The translations under genes were made by a program, and so were the position numbers. A model generated the notes under the pieces. It was given only the letters and a program-made list of their open reading frames with translations, did no database searches and had not been told where the DNA came from. From contig OZ360234.1 of assembly GCA_977017645.1 (NCBI GenBank), positions 35,092,001-35,156,000 of the forward strand: a stretch of DNA of 64,000 bases, given 5' to 3'. Numbering within the stretch: position 1 is the stretch's first letter; each line of letters begins with the position of its first letter. The stretch is from Torpedo marmorata. Its lineage: Eukaryota. Positions 12,235 to 23,479 of this stretch are shown one piece after another.

Positions 12235-12353
12235 GTATTGCATTAATGACAACTGCCGTGATCTCAACATGTGACCATGGTGTAGTGGCAAAAATTAAGC
12301 GCGTCATCATGGAACGGGACACATACCCACGTAAATGGGGCCTGGGGCCCAAG
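12235..12353 (+). CDS. DKC1: Dyskerin exon 11 ([39 protein letters not shown])
   Basis: 119 nt, ag/gtaagc. Confidence 0.96.
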
Positions 12354-12396
12354 GTAAGCCGTTAATTTGGACAGTGGATAGAAAGCAGGTGGTCTA

Positions 12397-12459
12397 GCCA
12401 CATGATGTTCTACAGTGAACATTAAAGATGACGTTTATCTATCATCCTTGACTGATGGT
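12397..12459 (+). ncRNA. Second, compact U83/U84-family box C/D snoRNA, DKC1 intron 11
   Basis: gcca/tggt stem, ATGATGT 12402-12408, gatga, ATCTATCATCCTTGA followed by CTGA 12452-12455; paralog of 9211-9285. Confidence 0.75.
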
Positions 12460-12692
12460 TAACACTTGGCTAATATATCTTGTGTCAGACGTGTTTGTGG
12501 CTAGTGTCTCCTTAAGAGCCCTTCAGGGGGTGGTGGGAGCTGTTCTCTGCATGGCAATAGTCCAAGCTAACAGACTATTATTCATTGTAAGTGTGAAAGA
12601 TGTAAAGATGGCAAAAAAGGCAGAAAGAGATTAGAAAATGTTTAATGCAATAAACAAGTTTCTTAACCAAACAGTGAAGACTCCAAGGCTGT

Positions 12693-13080
12693 AAAAAGAC
12701 AAAAATGCTGGAGGAACTCAGCAGATCTCATTGTGTCCATAGCAGCGCTATCCCCATTTCTCCTTTCCCCTAGCTCTTTCTGTCTCTGAATCTCTAGCTC
12801 TCTCCAACTCTGCGTTCACAGAGCCTCCCCTGATCAATTCTCACCTTTTCTATCCATGTCCAATTAAGGCCTTTGTCTGTTGGCCTGTGTTTCTCCCCCT
12901 GCCCTTTCTTCCCTTCTCCCCCAGCCTTTTTATTCAGGCGCATGCCTGCTTTTTGCTCATACCTTGAAGGGCTCAGGCCCGAAACTGCTTATATATCTAC
13001 TATGGATGCTGCGAGGCCCGCTGAGTTCTCAGCATTTTTGTGTTTTTACAATAATCACAGCATCTGCAGACTTTTATGTT
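12693..13080 (+). mobile_element. Penelope-like element fragment with inverted pseudo-LTR ends
   Basis: aaaaatgctggaggaactcagc ... gctgagttctcagcattttt inverted ends; 15-bp TSD agactccaaggctgt / agactctaaggctgt; degenerate hammerhead core near 12963. Confidence 0.75.
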
Positions 13081-13564
13081 AGACTCTAAGGCTGTTCTTG
13101 TAAGAAATGCAAATTCCACTGCCGTGCAAGGAAATTTCCGATGCAATTTCGTTCCCTTTTAGTTCTGAAAAGTTTTTAATTCACTTTTAATTTCCAAGTG
13201 AATCCATTAAGTTTAAAGAGAGCATGGGAAGCAGGGCCTTAGTTTAAGGGGAGTGTAGGAAATAGAGCCACAGTGATCAGACTGGAGGCACCAAGGAGTG
13301 AGATGGAGAGCAGGAATTTGAGGTGGGCGGGGGGTAACAGGAAACATGGGATCCAAGCCCCTGCCAATTGGGAATACAGCAGAGATTACCTGGTGAACTT
13401 GGTGCTCAACTGTTGGGATTTACAAGTGGTCATATATCGGAGTTTTGAAAGCATGGTGTTTTGAAAGACGTGAAATTTTGTTTTCGGCTTTGGAGATTCG
13501 GATGGCTTGAATCTTAAAATTAAATTATGCATCCTTCATTTTGATTTTTTTTTTTACTTCAAAG

Positions 13565-13668
13565 GCAAGTCAAAAGAAAATGATGATAAAACAAGGTTTG
13601 CTTGATAAGCATGGCAAGCCAAATGGAAGTACTCCTGCGTTGTGGGTAAAGGACTACGTAGATTACAG
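13565..13668 (+). CDS. DKC1: Dyskerin exon 12 ([34 protein letters not shown])
   Basis: 104 nt, aag/gtaaga. Confidence 0.95.
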
Positions 13669-13965
13669 GTAAGAATTTTACCTTGCATTTGTATGGTGTG
13701 GTTAATGTGCTTTTTGCCACTTGGTGGTGCACTTGTATCACTACTGCATAATAAATGACATTGCAGTTGAGCTTCTGTGGTGCACTTTCATCCTGTGCAG
13801 TGACGTATTTGATTCTACTAAATGACAGTGTTGTATATTGAGGTCTCCCAATGTACTCTTGTTTCAAGTTAATGACAATGCCATACTGAGCTTCCATCTC
13901 GCATGAAATGAATTGACAATTCGCTTCAATTTGTGCAAGGATTATATTTTTGAAGCTGAAAACTA

Positions 13966-14091
13966 GCAGACAGTTATCCCTTTCCAGTCTGGTGTGGCTT
14001 CAGAGGGAGTCGGTCTGCAAGAGGAATTGGAATTGCAAGATTACAGCTGTCCATATTATGGGACTGTTGGGTTCAGCACTTCCTAACATGG
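13966..14091 (+). ncRNA. SNORA56: H/ACA snoRNA SNORA56 (ACA56), DKC1 intron 12
   Basis: 5' hairpin gcagacagttatccc...gagggagtcggtctgc, H box AGAGGA 14020-14025, 3' hairpin, ACA 14086-14088; same intron as in human. Confidence 0.9.
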
Positions 14092-14233
14092 TAATACTGT
14101 AATTTGTAATGGCCACCTTCTGGCATCTGAAAACTGTCCATTTGGTATCTAGACGATGAAGGTAACTACCGGTATTTTCGTTCAAGCACCTCTTGATATG
14201 CATGCTGAATTTTTATCAATGTTTTCTTTCTAG

Positions 14234-14282
14234 ACCTGGAATGGAAGCACCCAGCAATGTGGCACAAATACAGGCAGTGAAG
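14234..14282 (+). CDS. DKC1: Dyskerin exon 13 (PGMEAPSNVAQIQAVK), probable GC donor
   Basis: tag acceptor, phase 2-0; AAG/gcaagt donor restores the K-RKRES junction. Confidence 0.7.
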
Positions 14283-14397
14283 GCAAGTACCTCTGTGGCT
14301 GGATTAATTTTAGCAAATAAGAATATTTCATTTGTTGAAACTAATTCTGTTCACCTTTAGTCTGCAGAGGTGAAGTTTTGTGACATAGTGATTGAGT

Positions 14398-14945
14398 CCT
14401 TCCAAGTGAAGCAACACTTCACATAATTTGTAGGAGTCATTTACTGCTCCCAATGCGGCCTCCTCTACATCGGACACAGACTGGGAGATGGTTTTGTTGC
14501 GTACCTTTCTCTGGCCACTGCAGCAATTAGGACCTCCCTGTGGCCAACCATTTTAATTTCACATACCATTCCGTGTCGTCAGTCTTCAATCAGACGGAAT
14601 CAATATCAACTTCTCCATTAATCAATATCAACTTCTCCATTAACCCCCTTCCTTGGTCTCTCTCCCTCGTCCTTCTGTCTCTTTCCAGCTCCTCACCCAT
14701 GTCCCTTTCTCCTATCAGAGCTATCTTCCTCTGCCCTCTGTCATTTTTGAACTTCTTTCCCTTCTACCCTCGCCTGTATCCACCTCTTGTTAGCCTGGGC
14801 TCCACCCCCTTCCCTCAACTTTTTTATTCGGGCATCTGCCTGGTTTTCAACATGCCTAATGAAAGGCTCAGGCCAGAAACGTCAACTGCCTTTCTGACTT
14901 TCTCCAGCACTTTTGTGTACTGCAGCATCTGCAGATTGTCTTGTT
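14398..14945 (+). mobile_element. Penelope-like element, GIY-YIG region and pseudo-LTR, degenerate
   Basis: Homologous to 62060-63030 (gtgaagcaacacttcac...ggcctcctctacatcgg). Confidence 0.7.
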
Positions 14946-15409
14946 TACCCACAACCTGGGCAGAAGAAATGCAAGCTAAATTAGAAGGACGTTGACTATA
15001 TAATTAAATATTGGCCGGGTGGGAGGTGAGAAGAATGCCATGGAATACAAATTATTACTGGAGCCATGAACCTTGTTTCTTACCCAGTTCTGCTGGAATA
15101 GAACAACAATCTGCTGGAAGAACCTGGTGGGTTGAGCAACATCAGTGTGAGAATAAAATTTTCAGGCCACAATCCTTCATCAGGACTGAGAGTTTAATAG
15201 TGGGTCCATCTGGTCCTTTTTATTCTTCCCTAACAACTCTTCTATCGGTCTCATTATACTAGTATTATCACCTCTTATCAGATTGCTAGTACCTGAATGT
15301 TTAAATTGGGTGATTGAGTTTCTGTGAGAAAGGAAATTTGGGTACATCCCAGTAATAGACATTTCCAGTTACGATCTTATTAGGGTAGATCCGTATCTTG
15401 TGAAGATGA

Positions 15410-16222
15410 GACAGATGGAGTACGCTGTTGGTAAATGTGAAGTTATCCACTTTGGAAGGAAAAACTGAAGAGCAGATTATTATTTAAATTGCAAGCGATT
15501 GCAGCATGCTGCTGTGCAGAAGGACTTGGGAGTGCTTGTGCGTGAACTGCAGAAGGTTGGTTTGCTGGTGCAGCAGGCTGTGAAGAAGACATGAAGTTGA
15601 CCTTCATTGCTAGATGGATTGAATTTAGGAGCAGGGAGGTTATGCTGCAGCTGTACAGGGTACTGGTGAGGCTGTATCTGGAGTACTGCTTGCATTTCTG
15701 GTCTCCTTACTTGAGGAAGGATGTACTGGCTTTGGAGATAGTGCAGAGGAGGTTCACCAGGTTGATTCTAGAGATGAAGGGGTTAGCCTACAAGGAGAGA
15801 TTGAGTTGTCTGAGGCTGGACTTGCTGCAATTCAAAAGAATGTAAGGGGATCTTACAGAAATGTGTAAAATTATGAAAGGCATAGGTAAGATAGAGGTAG
15901 GTAAGTTGTTTCCACTGGTAGGTGGGACTAGAACTAGGGGACATAGCCTCAAGATTCAGGGTAGAAGATTTAGGACAGAGGTAAGAGTTTTTCCCAGAGA
16001 GTGGTGAATCTGGAATTTTCTGCCCACTGAAGCAATGAAGGCTACCTCAGTAAATGTATTTAAGACAAGCTTGGATAGATTTTTACGTAGTAGGGGAATT
16101 AAGGGATATGGGGAAAAGGCAGGTAGGTGGCGATGAGCCTATCAGCCCTGATCTTATTGAATGGCAGAGCAGGCTCGACGAGCCAGATAGCCTACCCCTG
16201 CTCCTGTTTCTTATGCTCTTAT
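15410..16222 (+). mobile_element. CR1-type LINE 3' fragment
   Basis: LYRVLVRLYLEYCLHFWSPYLRKDVLALEIVQRRFTRLI; CR1 3' end cctacccctgctcctgtttcttatg. Confidence 0.85.
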
Positions 16223-16677
16223 GAAGGCAGTGCTCATTTTCTCATGTATTTGAGTCAACCGTTTGCTCAGTCAGCCAGTGGAAATAGGCCCTTCGCTCCA
16301 CACTGAGCACTCAGAAGAATTCCATTTTATTTCCTCCTTCCACCCCCCTCGTTCTCATTAAATCCCCCAGATTCTACTACTGACTGACAAACTGGGCAAT
16401 TTATTGGCCAATTAGTCAACCAGTAGGCACATCTTCGAGGTGCTGAGGGAAATCGAAGCATCTGGGGGCAACCCATTCATTCACAAGAAAAACATAAAAA
16501 TCCCACACATTGCACCAGAGGTCAGGATTGAACCAGGCTTGTTGGTAATGATGCAGCAGCTCCACTTTGCCACTGATGGCAACACAGTGTGTAATATTTT
16601 TCTGCTCCAATTCTGAAATGTGGGTATTTGCTGTGCTTTAATGCTGACTCTTTGTTAACTCTGCATTTCTTCAACAG

Positions 16678-16812
16678 AGAAAGAGAGAAAGTGAGAGTGA
16701 AGAGACAGTGGTGCCACCCACCCCTTCCATGGCAACATCCCAGCCAGAGCCAAGTAAGAACAAAAAAAAGAAAAAGAAAGAAAAGAAGCAAAAATTATTG
16801 CAGGAAACACCG
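16678..16812 (+). CDS. DKC1: Dyskerin exon 14 (RKRESESEETVVPPTPSMATSQPEPSKNKKKKKKEKKQKLLQETP)
   Basis: 135 nt, phase 0-0; RKRESESE start as in human exon 14. Confidence 0.9.
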
Positions 16813-17933
16813 GTGAGCGTATAGGATATGTTGCAAAAAAAAAAAAAAAAATGGAAATGTTCCAAATGAGGCTTGGTGCAATTGCTGTTTAAGGGTCAAG
16901 GAAGAGAGTTGGGAAATCTAGAGGTCTCTAAATGAAAAGCTTAGCTGACACCATTTGTGCACCTCTTACTCCACTTTAGTTACGTGCGTAAGTTTAGGGT
17001 TTGAGCTGCACCTGTGTGGAGAGGTGGAAACTGGAAAACAGAATTTGAGACATTTGTGGTCAGGGTGGAGTGTGGGTCCAAGGCAGTATGGTGCACATGG
17101 TGATGTCTTGGGTGACATTTTTGAAAACTTTAATATATTCTCTCCCCCCCTCATTAATATGCATTGACACCTCTATCCTTTTGTATAAATAACTTGAATG
17201 AATAGATAATGTTTCAAAATTTATTGATAAGACAGAAGGAAGTGATAGAAAGTAGAGAAATGTTAGGGTTAATGGGAAAGAAGCTGGTGGATGGGTATAA
17301 TGTGGGAGAAATGAGAGGTTATGCACGTGAATGTTCAGTGTCTTATCTGTAGATTCATAACATGGGCAAAGGCAATGCAGTGTAGAATGAAATTCAGGAG
17401 GGGGTTTGAGATTCAAAGCAAGGTGGCATTGCTGAAAATGTTCTTTTAATGCGACCATGTGAAGCCTGTTTTCTATAGCTAAGGTCAGATGCTCTGCTGT
17501 CAAGCCTGGTGGTATTTGTATAACTTCTGTATATAAAGTTTGTTTTCACTGGCAAGCTTTTATTACATAAAGAGTAAACCATCCAGAACTGGGAGCAGAA
17601 TTGCATTGTCAATTCACTGGAATGATGCCTCCTCTAAAATTGTAATGAGTGATGACAACCTTGGAATTTGGATTGTGGGTGATATGACTCGAATAGTCAG
17701 AACTAAAGATGAACCAATATAAATAATGAATTCTTCTGCAAATCAGTTTGCTTTGAACTGGAGAGTGTAGGCTTTTAACCGGTGTAGATATGGGGGAAAG
17801 GCAGATAAATGGGTTACAAAATAGCCCTGATCTTCCTGAATGGTGTAAATCTGCTAAAGCGGCCACTCTTGGGCATGTTGATTTGAAACTACTGTATGCT
17901 TCAAGATTGTCAGTGGATCCTTCCTTTCTACAG

Positions 17934-18053
17934 GTGAGAACTGAAAGTAGTGATCCAGTATCTACACTTATGGCTCAAGAGTCCAGTCCAGAACCTGTCA
18001 AGAAAGAAAAGAAAAAGAAAAAAGAGATGGAAATGGAAGAGTCTGGGACTGCA
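17934..18053 (+). CDS. DKC1: Dyskerin additional lysine-rich exon (VRTESSDPVSTLMAQESSPEPVKKEKKKKKEMEMEESGTA)
   Basis: 120 nt, phase 0-0, tttctacag acceptor, gtaagt donor, open frame. Confidence 0.8.
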
Positions 18054-18424
18054 GTAAGTGCCATTAATCACCACTATAGTGGAAATGTTTAATACGGAAT
18101 AACGATAGCCTTTTCTTGCTGTCAGGTAACTTGTTAATTTGTTTTTAAAGTATAAACTGCAGTAGTTGAATTGTCAAGTTGTGATGGCTAGTTTAGATCA
18201 CCAAATAGAAAATCTTCCTGTTGGCTGAGGGGAGACATCTGGGATATTTGAGCAATGTTTTTTAGCAGGGGGTTGCAGTTGCCCTTTTTAGTTTGAAAAA
18301 GAAATGCAGTAAACGTTTTTAATGTTTGGTCTTTAAAATTGAACTTGATTTGTCCACAAGACTGCTTTCTGTGCAGTAATAATTCTAAAGGCAGCTTGCA
18401 GTTTCATTGAGTTGTCAGTGATAG

Positions 18425-18590
18425 CTTCTGCGGGAGCGCTGGAGGCGAATCCATGGACACAGGGTGACTGAGGGGACTTTCTCTGACTAAGGCAATATCT
18501 GTCAATGGCAAATCTGCCTTACAGCAGACAAAAACAAATTTTGAGTAATATTGCACTGTCTTTATTACATGACAATAAATTTAATCTTGA
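18425..18590 (+). mobile_element. 3' fragment of non-autonomous Rex1-tailed element (family C)
   Basis: Similar to 26070-26255 and 62697-62903. Confidence 0.6.
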
Positions 18591-18782
18591 ACAGAAAAAT
18601 GCAAAGGTGTTGTCTTTAAATTGTTACTTTTGTTACAGTGGACCTGTTTGTAATTGCTTCTGACTGAAGTTCTTGTGATTAATTTGGGATCAGAGGCTAA
18701 ATAGGTATTTGCCCTGCAGTTGCTAATTTGTTAAATTATGTAGGCATTTTGTTTATTTGCTAATGGCATTAATTGTCTACAG

Positions 18783-18842
18783 GAGACTGAAAGTTCTAAA
18801 AAGAAGAAAAAGAAAAAAGAAAAATCTGCAACGTGCGAGTAA
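18783..18842 (+). CDS. DKC1: Dyskerin last coding exon (ETESSKKKKKKKEKSATCE*)
   Basis: cag acceptor, poly-Lys tail, TAA stop. Confidence 0.9.
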   Translation, partial: ETESSKKKKKKKEKSATCE

Positions 18843-19637
18843 TGAGGTGACTTTTATCTGGATTTCTCGGTCAGCAGAGAGAAGGCGACTTTTGCAGGGA
18901 CAAAGCTGATGGAGTTCTTTGCTAATTCCATCCCAAAAGAATGTTAAAGTTCTGCTGAATGGCCTTCATGCTTAAAATTTGTAATTTTGTATCTAGGCTT
19001 TTGTTGCCTCATTTAGTTCATTATCCTGTTTTAAGGATAATAGTTGAAGATTCATTGACACACTTTGCATTATGTTTATGGTTAATGCTGTAAGAATAGT
19101 GCTTTACTCTGGAAAGAATATCCAGGGGCAGAAGAGAAAAATCAGCTGACTTTAAGTGACTATCGGAGGAACAACTGACAATTCCTCTTGTATTTTGTAT
19201 GGAACCATTTCCTTTGCAAAATGGGAACATTTTTCATGTCCGAAGCAGCACTGGGAATTTAAAATGGTGCACAGCGTGGAACCTGACATCTAAGGTCTAA
19301 TAATTAAGCTTGTTTATTGGGGAATATTTGGAAAAACAGGTCAGTGTTGCAATTGGTCCCTTTGGAAAGTCTCCCTATTTTGGAGTTTTTGTTTTGAATT
19401 GTCTGATGATGCAATCCTATTTTGGTTCATTTGTTGACTTTTTGTTTGAGTGGTCAAAATCCATTGCAGAATGTAACAGACTGCTACCTCCTGCATGTGC
19501 TCACTTAGAAATTGCACTGGGAAGACTTGAGAAATTAGTTGCTTAGGGTGGGATGAATTTGCAAAGTACCACCAAGTGAATATTTTAACTATTTTTATAT
19601 TGGGGTTTTAGGTTACTGTATTGGTTATGTACATTGT

Positions 19638-19671
19638 AATAAAATGCAGCTATTTAGGGGAATCCAATAAA
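19638..19671 (+). terminator. DKC1 polyadenylation signals (two AATAAA)
   Basis: AATAAA at 19638-19643 and 19666-19671, upstream tgta elements, GT-rich downstream sequence. Confidence 0.65.
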
Positions 19672-19976
19672 TCTTTCTTTCAAGATGTGTTGTATTTGCC
19701 TGTGACCCCATTGTACATTTAACTGTACAGACTTGTTTGATTGTAACAAGCCTTGTCATTTTTTTTTAAAATGGCTTATTTCTACTTGTTTGTATTTTGT
19801 TGGCTGAAATTGTCATCTAATAGAGTAGAAAATGAGCAGCTAGTCCATTATGATGCAATTACTTTGTCATTGGGATATATGTTTTAAAGTGTCCACATTT
19901 TTCTATTGAAGTCCATGGATCCCATGCACATACAACTGAATAGTCTGAAGGTGACTAGAATGCCAACAAAACAAGT

Positions 19977-19982
19977 TTTATT
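19977..19982 (-). terminator. Candidate MPP1 polyadenylation signal
   Basis: tttatt on + strand, about 1.27 kb past the MPP1 stop; other candidates lie near 20538 and 20838. Confidence 0.4.
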
Positions 19983-21248
19983 CACTGGGGTGAATCCAGC
20001 AATCCAGGTTCATTTATGACTTCAATGCTGTGGAGTTTGCTCATTCTTCTTCTTGACCATTTGGGTTTTCCTTCGATACTCTGTTTACATCCCAAATGTG
20101 GGTTTGTAGCTGACTGGTAGCATCCAGAAAGATGAGGGGAATATGGTTACATGAAAATTTAGTATTGGTTTGAGAGCTGTCGTAGACTAGGCTGAAATGA
20201 CACAACTGCATCCATATTTCTCTCACTAAACTAAACAGCTCTCATCACAACCCTGAAATGTCTTCAGAGTGGCTGAAAGGTGGGAAAAGGATTTGAGGGG
20301 AACACCTGAAAAACACTACCTGAGGGAGTGTTGGAAGCAAACATTTAAATCACAGATATAGAGGACTGGACCAACTGCTGGAAGATGGATCAATAGGACT
20401 TGGTCACTCACTGATGGACCATTCAGCCCCCACACGTCAATTTCCATGCCATTTGACTGAACATCTAAATAAAGATGGATTATTGATAATTGCTGCATGC
20501 CCCTAGCCAATTATTCCAGAAATTCACAGGTAAATGCCTTTATTTAATAAGCATTTCCATTTGGATGAGAATATTACATAACATGGTATATTCTTGTATG
20601 AATGTTTAGCACCTAATACCTTGCATAATTTTCAGTTGACTAGAAGATTTGGAACACAATACTTGTATATGTACCTTGGCTGTACTATTGTTAAAAAGAA
20701 ATGATATGCCAGAATATATCTTGCACCATTTCCCATTACAGTTCAAATGTAGACTACTAAATAATTCTGAATTTTTGAGTATTCATTCACATAACAATGT
20801 ATGTCCCATTCTTTAACCTGCTGGTGGAACAGTGATGCTTTATTGTTCTCTATCTTGTGCAAATGCTGCAATTTTAAACACAATGAGCTGTAATAAGATA
20901 GTCATTCACTACAATGGTGTTGGGAAGAATTAAAATGCCATGCCAGGTACATATAAAGGGCTACACACAATAGGTTGTGGGGAAAGTTATATGAAGCAAA
21001 TGTAAGTTCTGTATTGGGCAGGACGACTAACATCTTGTGTAATACAATTGTAAATATCCCATTAGTTAACAGTCACTTTAGTGTATAAAATTTGGCTCGG
21101 GAGAATGATGCATCAATTGAATGAACTCTTCTAAAATGCTAGTGGGGGTGTTTTTTGTTAGAAATGACAGGCTCCAAACTGCATTCTGATTTGGGATTAA
21201 ATGAATTCTTAAAAAGTACATTTGCTGTACCCACACTGCAATAGTCCA

Positions 21249-21425
21249 CTAATAGACCCATGAAACAGGTACCCATTGTGCTGTTGTGCATGCACTTTCA
21301 ATTGCTTCCACCAGATTTTGCACTGTATCTTCCAGTTCATTGTTGACCAGTATCAGGTCAAACCAATGTCCATAGGTTTGCTGTAGGATTTCTGATTCCT
21401 TTCGGATCTTCTTGAGAGATTCAGC
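21249..21425 (-). CDS. MPP1: MPP1 (p55) last exon, GUK C-terminus (...AQWVPVSWVY*)
   Basis: 177 nt; QWVPVSWVY terminus; tail-to-tail synteny with DKC1 as in human. Confidence 0.93.
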   Translation of the reverse strand, partial: AESLKKIRKESEILQQTYGHWFDLILVNNELEDTVQNLVEAIESACTTAQWVPVSWVY

Positions 21426-21560
21426 CTGGAGGGGGAAAAAAAATTGATTTGCATTGAAATTGTGTTCACTCACTTGGCCAAAAAGATCCGTGTCTGTTGC
21501 GTGACTGGTTGTGGCAGTCAAGTTCTAACCTAGGGAGAACTTTTAATTTTTAAAAAAATG

Positions 21561-21750
21561 TAGACTTACAGCACTGTAACAGGCCCTTTCGGCCCACAAA
21601 CCTGTGCTGCCCAAATACACCCAATTGACCTACACCCCCAGTACGTTTTTGAACAGTGGGAGGAAACAGCACCCAGAAGAAACCCACGCAGACACTGGGA
21701 GAACATACAAACTTATAGACAGCACAGGATTCGAACCCCGGTCGCTGTAC
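21561..21750 (-). mobile_element. V-SINE (HE1-like), 5'-truncated
   Basis: V-domain gttctcccagtgtctgcgtgggtttc and CR1-derived tail on the minus strand. Confidence 0.75.
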
Positions 21751-21751
21751 C

Positions 21752-21887
21752 AGTTTCATGAAGGGCTCAAGCCTGAAACGTCGGTTATGTATTTCTACCT
21801 TTGCTACATAAAAGACACTGACCTGCTGAGTTCTCCAGCTTTTGTGTTTTTTACTTCAACCACGGTGTCTACAGATTTTCGTGTTTG
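21752..21887 (+). mobile_element. Penelope pseudo-LTR fragment with degenerate hammerhead motif
   Basis: Near-identical to 43475-43575. Confidence 0.7.
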
Positions 21888-23209
21888 ATTATGAGGCATA
21901 GGTTGATATGAAGTTGTCAATTTTCATATTAAATGTTGAGTGTTATAAACTCTAGGGGCTTTGTTAATGTATATTGGGATTTTTTTAAATTGTAGCTACT
22001 TGTATAGAGTTTGAATGTAGATTTGTCACCTTTTGTGTCAGCTTGGGCTCCACGCCTTGTAACTGGTTATTATTGGCTGACCTTCAGACTTTATTTTCTC
22101 CTCCCACCACCCCCCCCCCCCCTCCTCTCCATACACTTACTTCTGTCCATATCCCCATTGTTACCTATGCCTTTCCCCCATATCCCTTAATTTCTCTACT
22201 ATGTAAAAATAACTTTTCTGTCCATTTCCCCATTGTTATCCATGTCTTATTGACATACTGTTTAAAATGAGGTGATTTAGATTTAAATACAAGCAACATT
22301 AATAGCCTGATTTTGCCATTTTCTGAGCTTGATTATACCTCTGCTTCACACTGCTTGATTAACCTGTTTTTCCTCCTAATGGCCGTTACAATGTTAAATT
22401 TTGAGCTGTGTCTGCCCAGTAGTGGCAGTAGTTGCACATAAAAAAATGGAAGCTTTGGAAAAGTGTGTGGGCTTGGCATTGGACAGGTGTAACAATAAAA
22501 TTATAATATGAAGATTTGGGGACACATTACTAAACTGCCCAGCTCTTTGGAGATGGAGGTTAATAACATGGACACATTCCACTTCTGAAAATATCAAAAA
22601 TAAATCTTAGTAGAGAAGCAAGTGCTTATCACTTGCCCCATTTATTTTAATACTGGTACAGAATATACTTTGTACTTGCAACAGGGGTGCAGAGAAAAGT
22701 GTACTGTACCACTTATTGAAACTACTCTGCATTGTAATGTCAGCAAGTTTAATGATCATATAGAATGTAGGACACAGTCTGTATACCCAAAATTTGGTCA
22801 ATGTTCAGTCTTCCAGATCTGCTTCAACTAAGAGCTGCATATAGTTTTTGAGTTCCAATATACAATAGGGGTGGGAGAACATTTCAGTATTTTTTCCTAC
22901 TGTTCTTGTACAGATCATCCCATAGGAAATTTCATACTAATCGGTGTATAAACAGGATACATTTTCTTGGATGGGGTTTGTATGTGCTGCTGTCACAGAG
23001 CTGTGTGCTGATGAATTTATAAAATCTTTCTTGTGTGGGGTCATAAAACTTAAATTTTCATTTGGAGAAAATGTCTCGATGCAATGATTACTTTTTTTCA
23101 CCTCATTTAGGCCTTGTAAAGCCCAATGATTTCTTGGTGTTTATGCTCATCTTTTCTAAACTGTAGCAGTCTGATTTTTAAACTACCTTTAGTTCAAAAA
23201 AATCTATAC

Positions 23210-23293
23210 CTGAGTGCCTGGCTGAGTCGAAGAGGGAGCAGCAATGAAAACCACCAGTGGTGCGAACTCTGCTGTCCTGAGAACCTTCAGGGC
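23210..23293 (-). CDS. MPP1: MPP1 exon 11 (ALKVLRTAEFAPLVVFIAAPSSTQPGTQ)
   Basis: 84 nt, ag/gt, phase 0-0. Confidence 0.92.
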
Positions 23294-23479
23294 CTGTTAA
23301 TAGAAGCAATACATGCAGGATTAGGACAGTGCTTTGCTGTGTTTGGAATAACACTCCAGTTTCATGTTCAATTTTTTTTCTAGAATAACAGCATTTGGTC
23401 TACTACAAACAAAAATCATGTGAACATCATTTTATAAAAAGACCAAGGGATAGTAATCAATCCTTGATTCCTTGTTCTA

